This document shows positions 37,214 through 45,598 of a stretch of DNA of 45,598 nucleotides, piece after piece. The stretch comes from Anaerolineae bacterium. GTDB lineage: Bacteria > Chloroflexota > Anaerolineae > Aggregatilineales > Phototrophicaceae. Below the pieces are notes generated by a model that saw only the letters and a list, made by a program, of their open reading frames with translations, was not told the origin of the DNA and searched no databases. The stretch covers positions 1 to 45,598 of the forward strand of contig DAOTYT010000072.1 in the NCBI GenBank assembly GCA_034434615.1, in the 5' to 3' direction. A program made the translations under genes and the position numbers. Each line of letters starts with the position of its first letter. Within the stretch, counting starts at the first letter, position 1.

Positions 37214-37787
37214 ATCCGTGCGCCAGTTCGACTGTGCGATCATGTTCGCTGAGCTGCTGGCGCAGTTTCTCGCGCGCATAATACAGACGGCTCTTGACGG
37301 TGCCAACCGGGATTTCAGTGATGTCTGCAATTTCTTCAAGGCTGAGGCCGCTCATGTAATGCAAGACGATGACGATGCGCTGGTTGATGTGAAGTGCATT
37401 GATCGCCCGCCAGACTCGATCGTGAGTCTCGCCGCGCTCGGCCATCTGGTCGGGCGCCGACCACGCTGGGCTCATCAGCTGGTCAACCAGCGCCTCGAGT
37501 GAGATGCGCCGCTTTTGGCGCCTTGAGATCCATGTGTAGCTCAGGTTAACCGTCACACGGTATAACCACGGCGTCAGTGGAAGCGAAGTATCGATGCGGG
37601 GGGCGTACTGATGCAGCTTCAAAAAGCAGTCTTGGGCGATATCTTCAGCGACGGCGCTGTCGCGCGTGATGGCGAGCGCCGTTCGGTAAACCTGCGGGTA
37701 ATATCGATCGAACAAGAAACCCAGTGCCTCCACATCGCCATCGCGCAGACGTTCGACCAGCCTAGCGTCGCTGAGTTCGGCGCTCAT
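37194..37787 (-). CDS. ECF RNA polymerase sigma factor (sigma-70 family, group 4)
   Basis: DARLVERLRDGDVEALGFLFDRY, AEDIAQDCFL, WLYRVTVN, GLSLEEIADI...PVGTVKSRLYYAR; GGAG RBS. Confidence 0.95.
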   Translation of the reverse strand: MSAELSDARLVERLRDGDVEALGFLFDRYYPQVYRTALAITRDSAVAEDIAQDCFLKLHQYAPRIDTSLPLTPWLYRVTVNLSYTWISRRQKRRISLEALVDQLMSPAWSAPDQMAERGETHDRVWRAINALHINQRIVIVLHYMSGLSLEEIADITEIPVGTVKSRLYYAREKLRQQLSEHDRTVELAHGYASAAG

Positions 37788-37888
37788 TCAGTTTCTCCGG
37801 GTTGGCAAATGGTGCTGCCATAACTCTTCATGTGAGGACTACACAAATCTAATTTAACAAATGCTGTTTGAAATAAAAGCCAAATCTT

Positions 37889-37916
37889 TTATACACTTTT
37901 TGGGCGAAGTGTACAA
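37889..37916. promoter_or_regulatory. Imperfect palindrome upstream of the ECF sigma gene
   Basis: TTATACACTT-N8-AAGTGTACAA (9/10 complementary) in an AT-rich intergenic region. Confidence 0.45.
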
Positions 37917-38009
37917 GTGGCAGATCGAATTTATTTTTTCATAGCAGCTAGATGCCTCCGGTACATGATGTGGCAGTTCGCCCAGCGACTGCCGACTGCA
38001 TGCCGCTCC

Positions 38010-40323
38010 TCATGGCGTTGTGATCAGCAGCTCGTGCAGGTCGGCAGCGCCATCGGGGCTGAGGGCGTCGCTTTGCATCACCGGCATCCGTTCGCCCGTG
38101 TCGCGCCGATACCAGCCGATGCGCAGCGCATACTGGCCAGGCGGCAGGTCGGTCGGCAGCGGCAGCGTCCAGCGATCGATGAGCTGCTCGCCCGGCGACC
38201 AAGCCCAGGTGGGGTAGCTGCCGCCCAGTGGATCGCCATCGGCCAGCACGAGCGCCGTCTCCTCCCCGATCAAATGGATGAACTGCGACCAGCCGTCGGG
38301 TGTCGCGGCGGTGCTGCGCCAGCCGAGATCGAGCGTCAGCGCCGTTCCCGCTGGCGCAGCCCCGTCGCCAGGTGAGATGCCGCCCAAGCGGTAGCCGACC
38401 AATTCAGCAAAATTCGGGAAGATGATCTGCGTCTGCATCAGGTCGTCGGGGAAAACGATGGCTGCCACTGGGCTGACGACCTGCCCGATGATCGGCGTTT
38501 CCAACCTCGTCCCATCGGGAGCCGCGGCCGGCCAATCGACAGCCAGCGTCTCCGCATCGAGGACGACGACGATGATATCGTATACCTGACCCGCCGCCAG
38601 CGGTGCGGCTTCTGGGCGATCCGGGTCTGCGCGCGGCACGTTCACGCGGTCGCAGAAGATATCGCCTGTGCGCCATAAGATGCTGTTAAAACGACCCATC
38701 CCAAAGACCGATGTCCGATCGGCATCGATCGCGCCGTGCGCGGCGAGTTTGACCGAGAAAGCCGCTGGCCGCTCCGTCTCGGCAAGGATTTCCCAACAAA
38801 GGGTGATGGCATGCCAATCGCCCATGAAGCGCGGCTCGCGCTGCGCCATGCCGAGCAGGCGCAGGGTTGGCCCCTCGTCGTTGGGGTGGGCATAGAAATC
38901 GATCGGGCCGCCTGTGAGCGCGGGCAGAGCAGCGCGTTCGCTGGGCGCAGGTGGCCAATAAGCCTCGATCAGCGCCAGCGCTGTGAAGAGTAATGCGGCG
39001 CTGACGACGGTCGTCGTCGCTGCGGCGCGCAGCGCTGGGTCAAGCCGTGGAAAGCGCCAGCCCAACAGCGCGAGACCGCCCGCCAGCCCGATCGCCCATG
39101 CCGCGTGCGCGGGGTAGAGCAGCCGGCCCCCTGTGAAAGAGAGCTGTCCCATCCAGCGCAGCAGCCCAGCCAGCGCGCCAGCGATCATGAGAGCGAGCAC
39201 TGCCGCCTGCGCCAGCCGCGCGCGATCGGCGGCCAACCGCCTGATGCCCAGCGCCCAGCCTCCCAGCGCCGCTAAAGCCAGCCCGCCAAAGACAGTGTAC
39301 GTCAGCGGGTGCAGTGGCACGGTGGCGAACCATGCCCAGTTAGGATAGATAAAGGTGGGGCAGCCGCGCCAAAATCTCGGCGAGCGGGCGCAGCTCTTCG
39401 GTGAAAATGGTTGGGTCGGCATAACGATGGGTCGCAAATCCGAGCGGATCGCTGTAAGTGAGGGCGCCCCACAGCGCCCATCCCCCGAACAAAACCGCAA
39501 TCGGGCTGCCGAGCACAACCCCTTCGGCGATCCAACTGCCCAGCTTCGCCCCATCGGCGCGCCAGCGCAGCAGCAGCGCCAGCGCGACCCCTGGGGCGAT
39601 CAGCAGGACGTTGACCTTCGCCAGCCCGCCGAGGGCGAGCGAGACGCCAGTCAGGAACAGCAGGGCGGGCGATCGTCCCCGCCGCACGATGCGCAGCGCT
39701 CCCCACGTCGCCAGCGCCGCGAAAGCGGTCGCCGCTGCGTCATTCGTGACGTAGGCTGTCAAGTACAGCGCGGTCGGCATGAAGGCGAAGAGAGCCGCTG
39801 CCGTCAGCGCCCAACCCGGCCGCCGAAAGACCTCGCACGCCGCGCCATAAGCGCCGATTAAGCCGAGTACGCCGAAGATGAGCGAGACAGCGCGCGCTGT
39901 CCGGTTGGCGGCGACCGCCTCTGGCCAGCCGAACGCCAGCTCGTCGCGCCCGCCGTGATAATAGAGGTTATGGTTGTCCCAGCGATCCCACGGCCGGTGT
40001 GGGGAGTACCATCGGTTTGCTGCTGGGCCGCTTAAATGCGCGAGCAGCGCATCGCCATCGATGCGTGGGGCATCGGTGAGCGCGAGCGCAAGCGCTGCGG
40101 CAGCATAAGCGAGCGGCGGTTGGCCGCTCGCTTGGCGAGTTGGGTTGGTCAGGTACGAGGCGCGATCGGGCAGGCGGCCTTCAGCGCGCAGCAGCGCGGC
40201 GTAGTTGAAGTGCAGCGGTTCGTCGCTGCCTTCGAAGGCTGGCATGACGAATTGGAGCGTTAGCCCGCCGATCAGGTAGAGCGCGAGCAGCGCTGCTAAA
40301 CCTCGGTGCCGCTTAAGCCTCAT
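38010..40323 (-). pseudogene. Frameshifted GT-C glycosyltransferase (two C-terminal beta-sandwich domains); pseudogene or sequencing error
   Basis: The 5' ORF 40323-39340 (PAFEGSDEPLH, TNDAAA, LAKVN) and the 3' ORF join if one A is removed from TCC-TAA-CTGG at 39340-39341, giving ...HLYLSYWAWFATVPL... Confidence 0.85.
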
Positions 40324-41563
40324 GCGCCGGGATTTCTTTGGTCAAACAATGGACGGCCCCGCCGCCGTTGATCGCCGTGACGCAGTAGATCGGGCGCAGT
40401 ACATAATCGGGCAGCGCTGTGCGGTAGGCGATCAGGGCGGCATGGTCGCTGCGCAGGCCATAGGTGGGCACCAGCAGCCGTCCATTGATCGTGAGCGCGT
40501 TGGCATAGCTGCGCCAAATCGGGTAGAGGCCCCAGTTGAAATACGGCTGCGGCATCGGCAGGGGGATCAAACGATAGGGCCGGCCTGCCGCGTTGGTCTC
40601 GCCGCGCAGCACGTCGGCCGCCTTGTGCAGCGTTCGGCGGTTCAGGAGCGGCGCCGGCGCGCTGATCAAGATCGTCTCGGCATCGGCTAGCTTGAGGACG
40701 AGGTCAATGTGGCCGGTCTCTTCAGAGCGCAGCGGCGGCACGAGGAGCAGTTTTTCGTAGTCGAAGGCAGCGCGTAAGCGCCGCAGCGTTTCCTCGCGGC
40801 TGAGATGAGGATTGCGCGCGAACAGCCCCTCGCTCATCAGCAGCGTGCCCGCGCCGTCCGACCACAGGTTGCCGCCTTCAAGGTGCAGATCGAGCCGGCG
40901 CAGCGGCAGCCCGGTCAGCGCGGCGTAGCGCTCTGGCACGGCGTCATCCTGCGCCTGCGGATAGGCTGGGAGCGGGTCGAAGATCGCGCTCACGGCGACC
41001 CGCTGCCTGCCGTTGAAACCGACGACTGGGCCATAATCGCGCACCCAGATATCATTCGCCGGCACGACGAGAAAACGGATGTTATCCAGCTGCGCTTCGC
41101 CGCGCCGCTCGAGGAACAGGCCGATCGGGTCGGCCCAGGCTGGAGCATCGATCAGGATATCGCAGCGTGCGACGGGGCTGATCGCCTCGGCCAGTTGAGC
41201 GTGGACTTCCCACAACGGCGGGAAGGCGACCGGCCAGCGCATGATGACCGCCTCCTGCCGCTCCCACTGAGCCGGGAGGCGGATGCGCCCGGTCGCTGTG
41301 ACCGCGCTTGGAGCCGCATCGCCGTTATCGACTACGCGATCTGCAAACGGCCGCGCGGCGAGCGCGTCGCGCGCCGCGGCTGCGCTCATGCCTTCGGGCA
41401 GCAGCCCCCAGCGTTCTAAAAAAGCTGCCATCTCGATCGCAGTGGCCGGCGCCTGCTCACAGGCTTCGATCGGATATATGCGGGCGAGTACGCGCCGCAT
41501 CAGCGGAGAGCGCAGCCCGCGCCGCCGCCACAACGGATAAGGGATGTAACCGAATTTGAGCAT
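40313..41563 (-). CDS. Agmatine deiminase / peptidyl-arginine deiminase family protein with an N-terminal extension
   Basis: RLPAQWE, IWVRDYGP, LEGGN...DGAGT, TGHID, SYAN and GGGAVHCLT (catalytic Cys). Confidence 0.9.
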   Translation of the reverse strand: MLKFGYIPYPLWRRRGLRSPLMRRVLARIYPIEACEQAPATAIEMAAFLERWGLLPEGMSAAAARDALAARPFADRVVDNGDAAPSAVTATGRIRLPAQWERQEAVIMRWPVAFPPLWEVHAQLAEAISPVARCDILIDAPAWADPIGLFLERRGEAQLDNIRFLVVPANDIWVRDYGPVVGFNGRQRVAVSAIFDPLPAYPQAQDDAVPERYAALTGLPLRRLDLHLEGGNLWSDGAGTLLMSEGLFARNPHLSREETLRRLRAAFDYEKLLLVPPLRSEETGHIDLVLKLADAETILISAPAPLLNRRTLHKAADVLRGETNAAGRPYRLIPLPMPQPYFNWGLYPIWRSYANALTINGRLLVPTYGLRSDHAALIAYRTALPDYVLRPIYCVTAINGGGAVHCLTKEIPAHEA

Positions 41564-41770
41564 GGCGGCAGCGCCGCGCCTCCTGAGCGTTCGACCATCA
41601 GCACACGTTATTGTAGCCTTCCTGAACCGCGCTTGACCAGTGCCCGCGCACACGGGGGAGTTGAGTTCTATATCCACAATATTGCGTACTCTCCGCGCGT
41701 CGATTGCGACCTCGCTGCTTTAGCGGTATCATGCCGTGCAACGGCCGTTATCTCAGGACGACGTTAGCTC

Positions 41771-43906
41771 ATGCTTCTTCTACGCCTCGCCGCCCTGACA
41801 GCGCTGCTGGCTGCTGCCATCATGGCACCGGCTTTTGCGCAGCCAGCAGTTTTTGGGCAGCCGGCACTCGACCATACGGCTGAACCCCAGTTCGGCGCGA
41901 TCGCGCTCGGCGTGGATTTCAGCCCAGACCCGCTGCGCATCGCCAACGTGATCGGCGGCGGCGAGATCGACGCGAATTTGCGCAATTTAGGCGATGACTG
42001 CGTCGGCTTCATCGATGTGCGCCCTGACTTTCGTGTGACGGCCGAGACGACCTTCCCGCTGCTGCGCTTTATTTTCATCGCCGATACGATCCTGACCGAT
42101 ACCACGCTGGTCATCCGCGATCCCTCTGGCCGCTTCCTCTGCAACAACAATGCGTTCGGGCTTTTTAACCCGATGGTGAGCGCGTTCGACGCCGAGCCGG
42201 GCGACTATGCCATCTGGGTCGGCGGGTTTACGCCGGGCGCCCCGGTCTTCGGCGATCTATATCTCACGACCAACCCGGAGGTCATCCCAGGGTCGACCAG
42301 CATCGTCGTGCCGCTGGCGACTGCCTCGCCCACGCCATCGCCGGTCACGCCGACGCCTGACCCAGCCGCCGTCCTCGATTTTAGTCGGTCGCCGGCGGGC
42401 GGCACTGCTGCGCTCTCTGCTGGGTTCCTGCCCGACCCGTACTGGATCGTACTGAGTGGCGGCGGGACGATCGCCGTGCCCGATCTAACGGGCCAGACGG
42501 TGCAAAAGGGAGCGAGCGTCCTGCCGGAATGCGGGGGCTTTACCACGCCGGCCCCGCATTTTCGCCTTACGTGGGGCGGCCAGTCGACGCGGCTGCGCTT
42601 TCATTTCGTGCCCGCTGCTGAAGGCGCGGATATCCCTGAAGCCTCGCTGGTCATCCGCGCTCCGGACGGAAGATGGGGCTGCAACCGCGATTTTGCGCCG
42701 TTTTTTCCGCAGCCGTCGGTTGAGTTCCTGAACCCGCTCCCCGGCGATTATCACGTCTGGATCGCCGATGAGGTAACCCCGGGGACGGATGTCATCGGCG
42801 TCCTTTACATCACCGAACTCGCGACGACGCCGGAGACAGTGCGCGATGCAGCCACCCGCGCTTATACGGACGTCGCTGGCCTCGATGCGCTGTCGGCGTT
42901 GGCGTCGATCGCCGCTGGCGGCGTCGGCACGATCCTTAGCCCGGATCCCTACCCGATTTCCGGCATCGTTGCCGGTGGGCCGGTCGATGTTGGGGCGCTC
43001 AATGCGGACATGAACCGAACGGCGCAGTGGCCGGAGAAAGGCTGCATCGGCTACAGCCCGTACCAGCCAAACTTCACGATCGCGCTGAATGCGCCGCTCA
43101 ACTATCTGCGGTTGTTTTTCGTGCCCGATCGCCCTGGCGATGACCCTGCGTTGATCGTGCGGATGCCGGATGGGCGCTGGTACTGCAACGATGATTCTTT
43201 CGACACGTTGAACCCGACGGTCAACATCGTTGGCAACCGGTCAACCGGGGTGCTTCAAGTGTGGGTCGCCACCTATGATCCGGGCGTCTCGTTCACGGGG
43301 ACGTTGTACCTAACGCGCGGCAGTGCCAACCCCACGAGTCCCCGTCTGGCGCCGCCTGCGCCGACGGCGACGCCCTTCGTCGAAGCCTTCCCAACGTTGG
43401 AAACGCTGATCGTCGTAACCCAGTCAGCCGATATCCCGGCGCTGCTGCCGGCGCTCCTTCCCGATGCTGCTGCGTTCGCCGCGGCGAACCCGGCTGGGCT
43501 GCTGCCGCTGGCGAACCCGTCCAACGGTTCGACCGGCCTGGGCGCGGCGCGTATTCCGCACGGCATCGCGCTGACTGCCGGAGGGACGCTGGCCGCCGCG
43601 CCGTTGGGCGCCGGCTGCGCCGGCTATGTCGAACCAGCGCCCGCTTACCGCATAGAATGGACGGGCATGGGGGCGTTCCTGCGCTTTTTCTTCGTTGGGG
43701 CGGGCGATGCGGCCTTGATCGTGCTCGGCCCGGATGGTCTGTGGCGCTGCGACGATGGCGCGTCTGGGCTGCACCCGATGGTGGACGTCGAAGGCGTCGG
43801 GCCGGGCGTCTACTACATTTGGGTGGGCAGCTCCCGCCCCGGCGAGCGCATCGATGGAACGCTGTGGATCACCGAGGATCGCACCATCACGTCGGCGAGC
43901 GGCTGA
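41771..43906 (+). CDS. Secreted protein with four tandem PPC-like beta-domain repeats
   Basis: Signal peptide ...PAFA-Q; four repeats of (F/L).PDP...GG...C.G....P......LRF.F...LVI..PDG.W.C.D.....P.V......G.Y.IWV...LY.T. Confidence 0.85.
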   Translation: MLLLRLAALTALLAAAIMAPAFAQPAVFGQPALDHTAEPQFGAIALGVDFSPDPLRIANVIGGGEIDANLRNLGDDCVGFIDVRPDFRVTAETTFPLLRFIFIADTILTDTTLVIRDPSGRFLCNNNAFGLFNPMVSAFDAEPGDYAIWVGGFTPGAPVFGDLYLTTNPEVIPGSTSIVVPLATASPTPSPVTPTPDPAAVLDFSRSPAGGTAALSAGFLPDPYWIVLSGGGTIAVPDLTGQTVQKGASVLPECGGFTTPAPHFRLTWGGQSTRLRFHFVPAAEGADIPEASLVIRAPDGRWGCNRDFAPFFPQPSVEFLNPLPGDYHVWIADEVTPGTDVIGVLYITELATTPETVRDAATRAYTDVAGLDALSALASIAAGGVGTILSPDPYPISGIVAGGPVDVGALNADMNRTAQWPEKGCIGYSPYQPNFTIALNAPLNYLRLFFVPDRPGDDPALIVRMPDGRWYCNDDSFDTLNPTVNIVGNRSTGVLQVWVATYDPGVSFTGTLYLTRGSANPTSPRLAPPAPTATPFVEAFPTLETLIVVTQSADIPALLPALLPDAAAFAAANPAGLLPLANPSNGSTGLGAARIPHGIALTAGGTLAAAPLGAGCAGYVEPAPAYRIEWTGMGAFLRFFFVGAGDAALIVLGPDGLWRCDDGASGLHPMVDVEGVGPGVYYIWVGSSRPGERIDGTLWITEDRTITSASG

Positions 43907-43954
43907 TTGACAGCGCTCGGTGCCGCTCGCACGACGCGGCCGCCAAAGCTTGAT

Positions 43955-45598
43955 TTAATCGAGCTCGGCCTGCGGCCTCTCTTCGTAAAGATACACGCCG
44001 AGCAGATGAAACTCGCCACCTTCGTGCGCTTCGGCCAACATCCAGCGTCCATCTTCAAACGTCTCGAAGAACTCGCTCAGATCGCTCGAAAGGCCGATGG
44101 CGGCCAGCCGCTGAAAATTGCCGATCCAGCGCAGCCCAACCAGCCAGACGCGCTCATGACCGGCGATGCAGTCGCGCAGCGCGGCTATCGTCTCCGGATC
44201 GTTAAGCCGATCTTCGTAGAGATCGCAGTGCGCGTGGCCGCTGTAATACCATTCGAGCGACTCAAGCGGCTGGGCGAGATGGACTTCCGAAGTCAGCACG
44301 ACGATGGCATCGCTCGGGCCGGCGTTCCGCTCGAGGTACAGCGCGACGCGATCCCAGCGCTCGTTATCGGGCAGCGTGTAAAACGCGATCAAACCGGGCA
44401 GCAGCGCGATTAAGAAGGCCAGCATTAGCACTTGTGTGGGGATGACGCGGCGAATGCCGAAGAGCAGCAGCGCCAGCAGCAAATAATAGGCGGGCGAAGC
44501 GCCAAGCACGTAGCGGTCGAAAAACATCGGCCCGACGACGAACGACAGCACCCACGGCAGCATGAGCATGCCCAGAAACCAGCAAACGACCAGCCAAAAC
44601 TCCGGCAGCCAATTCTTAAGTCCGGCATATAGATCGCGCGGGAGCTGAAGCAGCCCGCTTCCCCATGTTTTGCCCCCAGTGCGCACGGCGTAATAGCCGG
44701 TTCCAACAGCAAGGAAGCCGAGGGCTGCGAACACGCCAAAGGGGGTGAAATAGAACCATTCGAAGAACAGAAAGCGCACTAGGGCGCGCACGATCGAGCC
44801 GACGGTCGGGGCCTCCAGCCAGTTCGGGCCGATATCGCCGCCAGTAGCGGCGCTGGCGATGCCACCCCCATCGACTGCCGCGGCGACAGGCGCGACCATA
44901 TCGCGCAGGAAGTAAATCCAAAGCGCCGGGAAGATCACTGCCAGCAGCAGGATTTGGCTGGCGAACCAGCGCCCGAGCAGGCCGCGCGACCGCCAGTCGC
45001 GGCGCAGCAGCGCGATCCCAATGAGAAAAGCGCCCTGCCCGGCGATGGCAAAGACGCCGTGCGCGTGCGTATAGACGGCCAGCGCCGTGGTAAGCACATA
45101 CAGGCCGATATCGTACCAGCGCCCCCGTTTGAGCATCATCCAGAAGAACGCAAACGATAGGATGATGAACATGACGTAAACGGCGTAGTAACGGTAGGTT
45201 TGTGAATAGTAGATGTGGAATTCGGTCACCGTTATGATCAGCGCGGCGACGAACCCGACACGCTGGTTGAACAGTAGCGACCCGAAATGGAAGAGCACCC
45301 CAACGCTGATGATCCCTGCGATCACGGATGGGATTCGCGAGATGACCTCGCCCGTGCCGAAGGCCGATGACCAGACGACGGCGATCATGACGAATACAGG
45401 CGGGCGGCCGCGTTCGACGAACTGCTGGATCATCGCATCCCAGCCGTTCAGCCCAATGTTGAGCATAGTCACTTCATCATGCCAGAACGGCTCGTCGGCC
45501 AGCCCAATGAAGCGCAGCAGCGCCGCCGCCAGCACCAACAGGCCGCCATAAAGCAAGGCTGCGCGCGCGCGCTCAGCTTCATCTGATGCATCTAGCCG
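43955..45598 (-). CDS. GT-C fold glycosyltransferase (ArnT/PMT_2-like), 5' end beyond the window
   Basis: FWHDEV, RPPVF, SRIPSVIAG, YSQTYRYY and YTH motifs; frame is open to the window end. Confidence 0.88.
   Translation of the reverse strand, partial: RLDASDEAERARAALLYGGLLVLAAALLRFIGLADEPFWHDEVTMLNIGLNGWDAMIQQFVERGRPPVFVMIAVVWSSAFGTGEVISRIPSVIAGIISVGVLFHFGSLLFNQRVGFVAALIITVTEFHIYYSQTYRYYAVYVMFIILSFAFFWMMLKRGRWYDIGLYVLTTALAVYTHAHGVFAIAGQGAFLIGIALLRRDWRSRGLLGRWFASQILLLAVIFPALWIYFLRDMVAPVAAAVDGGGIASAATGGDIGPNWLEAPTVGSIVRALVRFLFFEWFYFTPFGVFAALGFLAVGTGYYAVRTGGKTWGSGLLQLPRDLYAGLKNWLPEFWLVVCWFLGMLMLPWVLSFVVGPMFFDRYVLGASPAYYLLLALLLFGIRRVIPTQVLMLAFLIALLPGLIAFYTLPDNERWDRVALYLERNAGPSDAIVVLTSEVHLAQPLESLEWYYSGHAHCDLYEDRLNDPETIAALRDCIAGHERVWLVGLRWIGNFQRLAAIGLSSDLSEFFETFEDGRWMLAEAHEGGEFHLLGVYLYEERPQAELD

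Noticed and set aside
37972..37993. GGCAGTTCGC-cca-GCGACTGCC hairpin as terminator of the GT gene
   Set aside because: The stem is plausible but has no adjacent U-tract, so it was not called as a feature.
39330..39360. Programmed ribosomal frameshift in the split GT gene
   Set aside because: No slippery heptamer or stimulatory structure is evident, and a simple 1-nt insertion explains the split.
45561..45572. (GC)6 dinucleotide run
   Set aside because: Encodes Arg-Ala-Arg-Ala within a CDS; unremarkable in GC-rich DNA.

Overview
GC-rich, gene-dense bacterial chromosomal segment with about 40 CDSs. Gene content (four GT-C glycosyltransferases, Pro/Thr-linker secreted proteins, TGn-extended -10 promoters) suggests Chloroflexota, probably Anaerolineae; this is an inference. 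I see no rRNA, tRNA, CRISPR array, transposase or prophage. Recognisable genes are treS, phnX, coaE, hemH, mutS2 and thpR. Other families present are a MacB/FtsX-type ABC transporter, AI-2E and MFS transporters, M28 and LysM-M23 peptidases, acyl-CoA dehydrogenase, NUDIX hydrolase, metallophosphoesterase, an ECF sigma factor and an agmatine-deiminase-family enzyme. The main points of interest are: (1) a Ser/Thr kinase fused to a NarL-type receiver plus a degenerate LuxR HTH; (2) a pseudo-receiver/roadblock (MglB-like) fusion; (3) CoaE with a GNAT-like C-terminal domain; (4) a J-domain protein with a nuclease-fold-like N-terminus; (5) a 13-bp motif shared by the hemH and ECF-sigma promoters, next to a small Cys-rich candidate anti-sigma; (6) a GT-C gene split by a single-base insertion. 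All calls are by eye, with no database search.
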